This document shows positions 44,792 to 45,085 of a DNA stretch of 45,085 bases, piece by piece. The DNA comes from an uncultured Rikenellaceae bacterium (GTDB lineage: Bacteria > Bacteroidota > Bacteroidia > Bacteroidales > VadinHA17). Position numbers and translations under genes: made by a program. The stretch is from the NCBI GenBank assembly GCA_964396955.1, contig CAYNGW010000001.1, positions 1-45,085 of the forward strand. The letters are read 5' to 3'. How positions within the stretch are numbered: position 1 is the first letter of the stretch; every line of letters begins with the position of its first letter. The notes beneath the pieces were generated by a model. That model had not been told where the DNA came from. It saw only the letters and a program-made list of their open reading frames with translations, and did not search any database.

Positions 44792-44807
44792 TGGCACGCT
44801 GTTTGCA
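44792..44807 (+). promoter_or_regulatory. sigma-54 (RpoN) promoter, perfect -24/-12 consensus
   Basis: TGGCACGCTGTTTGCA matches TGGCACG-N4-TTGCW with no mismatch. It is intergenic, after a terminator, and 52 nt upstream of the ATG at 44860. Confidence 0.7.
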
Positions 44808-44859
44808 AAAAACTGAAAATTCAATACCTTTATAGTTTATTTTATAAATACTTTAAAAC

Positions 44860-45085
44860 ATGAAGACGAGGACAATATTATTAACGATTGTACTGATTTT
44901 TGCTTTACCTGCACTTTCCGATGCTCAGGTAGGTAATCTGCTGAAGAACAAGGTGGGCAAAGCAATTAATGCCGGAGTTAAAGTACTTGATAAAGAGGCG
45001 GACAAGAAAATTGATTCAGCTGCCACCAGGGAAGCTCAGAAGGCATATGATAAAGCAGAGAAGGACAGAGCTGAACAAGAGGCAG
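44860..45085 (+). CDS. secreted Lys/Ala/Glu-rich protein, 3' end cut by the window edge
   Basis: ATG at 44860, signal peptide MKTRTILLTIVLIFALPALSDAQ, then a charged helical-looking sequence. The frame is open to the end of the window. It is absent from the ORF track because no stop is reached. Confidence 0.55.
   Translation, partial: MKTRTILLTIVLIFALPALSDAQVGNLLKNKVGKAINAGVKVLDKEADKKIDSAATREAQKAYDKAEKDRAEQEA

Overview
This 45 kb window looks like a core chromosomal segment of a Bacteroidota genome. The supporting evidence is a DUF4492-like gene before cydAB, a DUF5683-like gene after parAB, a DUF4290-like gene coupled to murA, a TPP riboswitch in front of a TonB receptor-pnuC-TPK operon, and repeated TAnnTTTG -7 boxes 30-45 nt upstream of start codons. 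I call 40 apparently intact CDS (two cut by the window edges), two decayed glycan-degradation pseudogenes, one riboswitch, two sigma-54-type promoter candidates and several hairpins. I found no rRNA, tRNA, CRISPR array, transposase, integrase or recognisable defence system. I therefore cannot point to a discrete new multi-gene system with confidence.

The most unusual signal is not protein-coding. About a dozen GC-rich, degenerate tandem arrays have strict 7-, 8- or 9-nt periodicity, and each locus has its own core motif. Most of them start on or right after stop codons. One 140-nt heptad array plus a palindrome lies in frame inside a loop of the thiamine-type PnuC transporter.

Secondary leads:
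- A response-regulator sigma-54 activator with no DNA-binding domain and a GSFTSA loop, in an apparent operon with an aspartase paralog and an orphan hydF.
- A perfect sigma-54 promoter at the right edge of the window, and a near-perfect one in front of grpE-dnaJ.
- An SGNH-MBOAT fusion protein next to an MltD-like lytic transglycosylase.
- An acyl-CoA ligase / GNAT-like / CrtI-like operon.

All family assignments come from motif recognition by eye. No searches were run.
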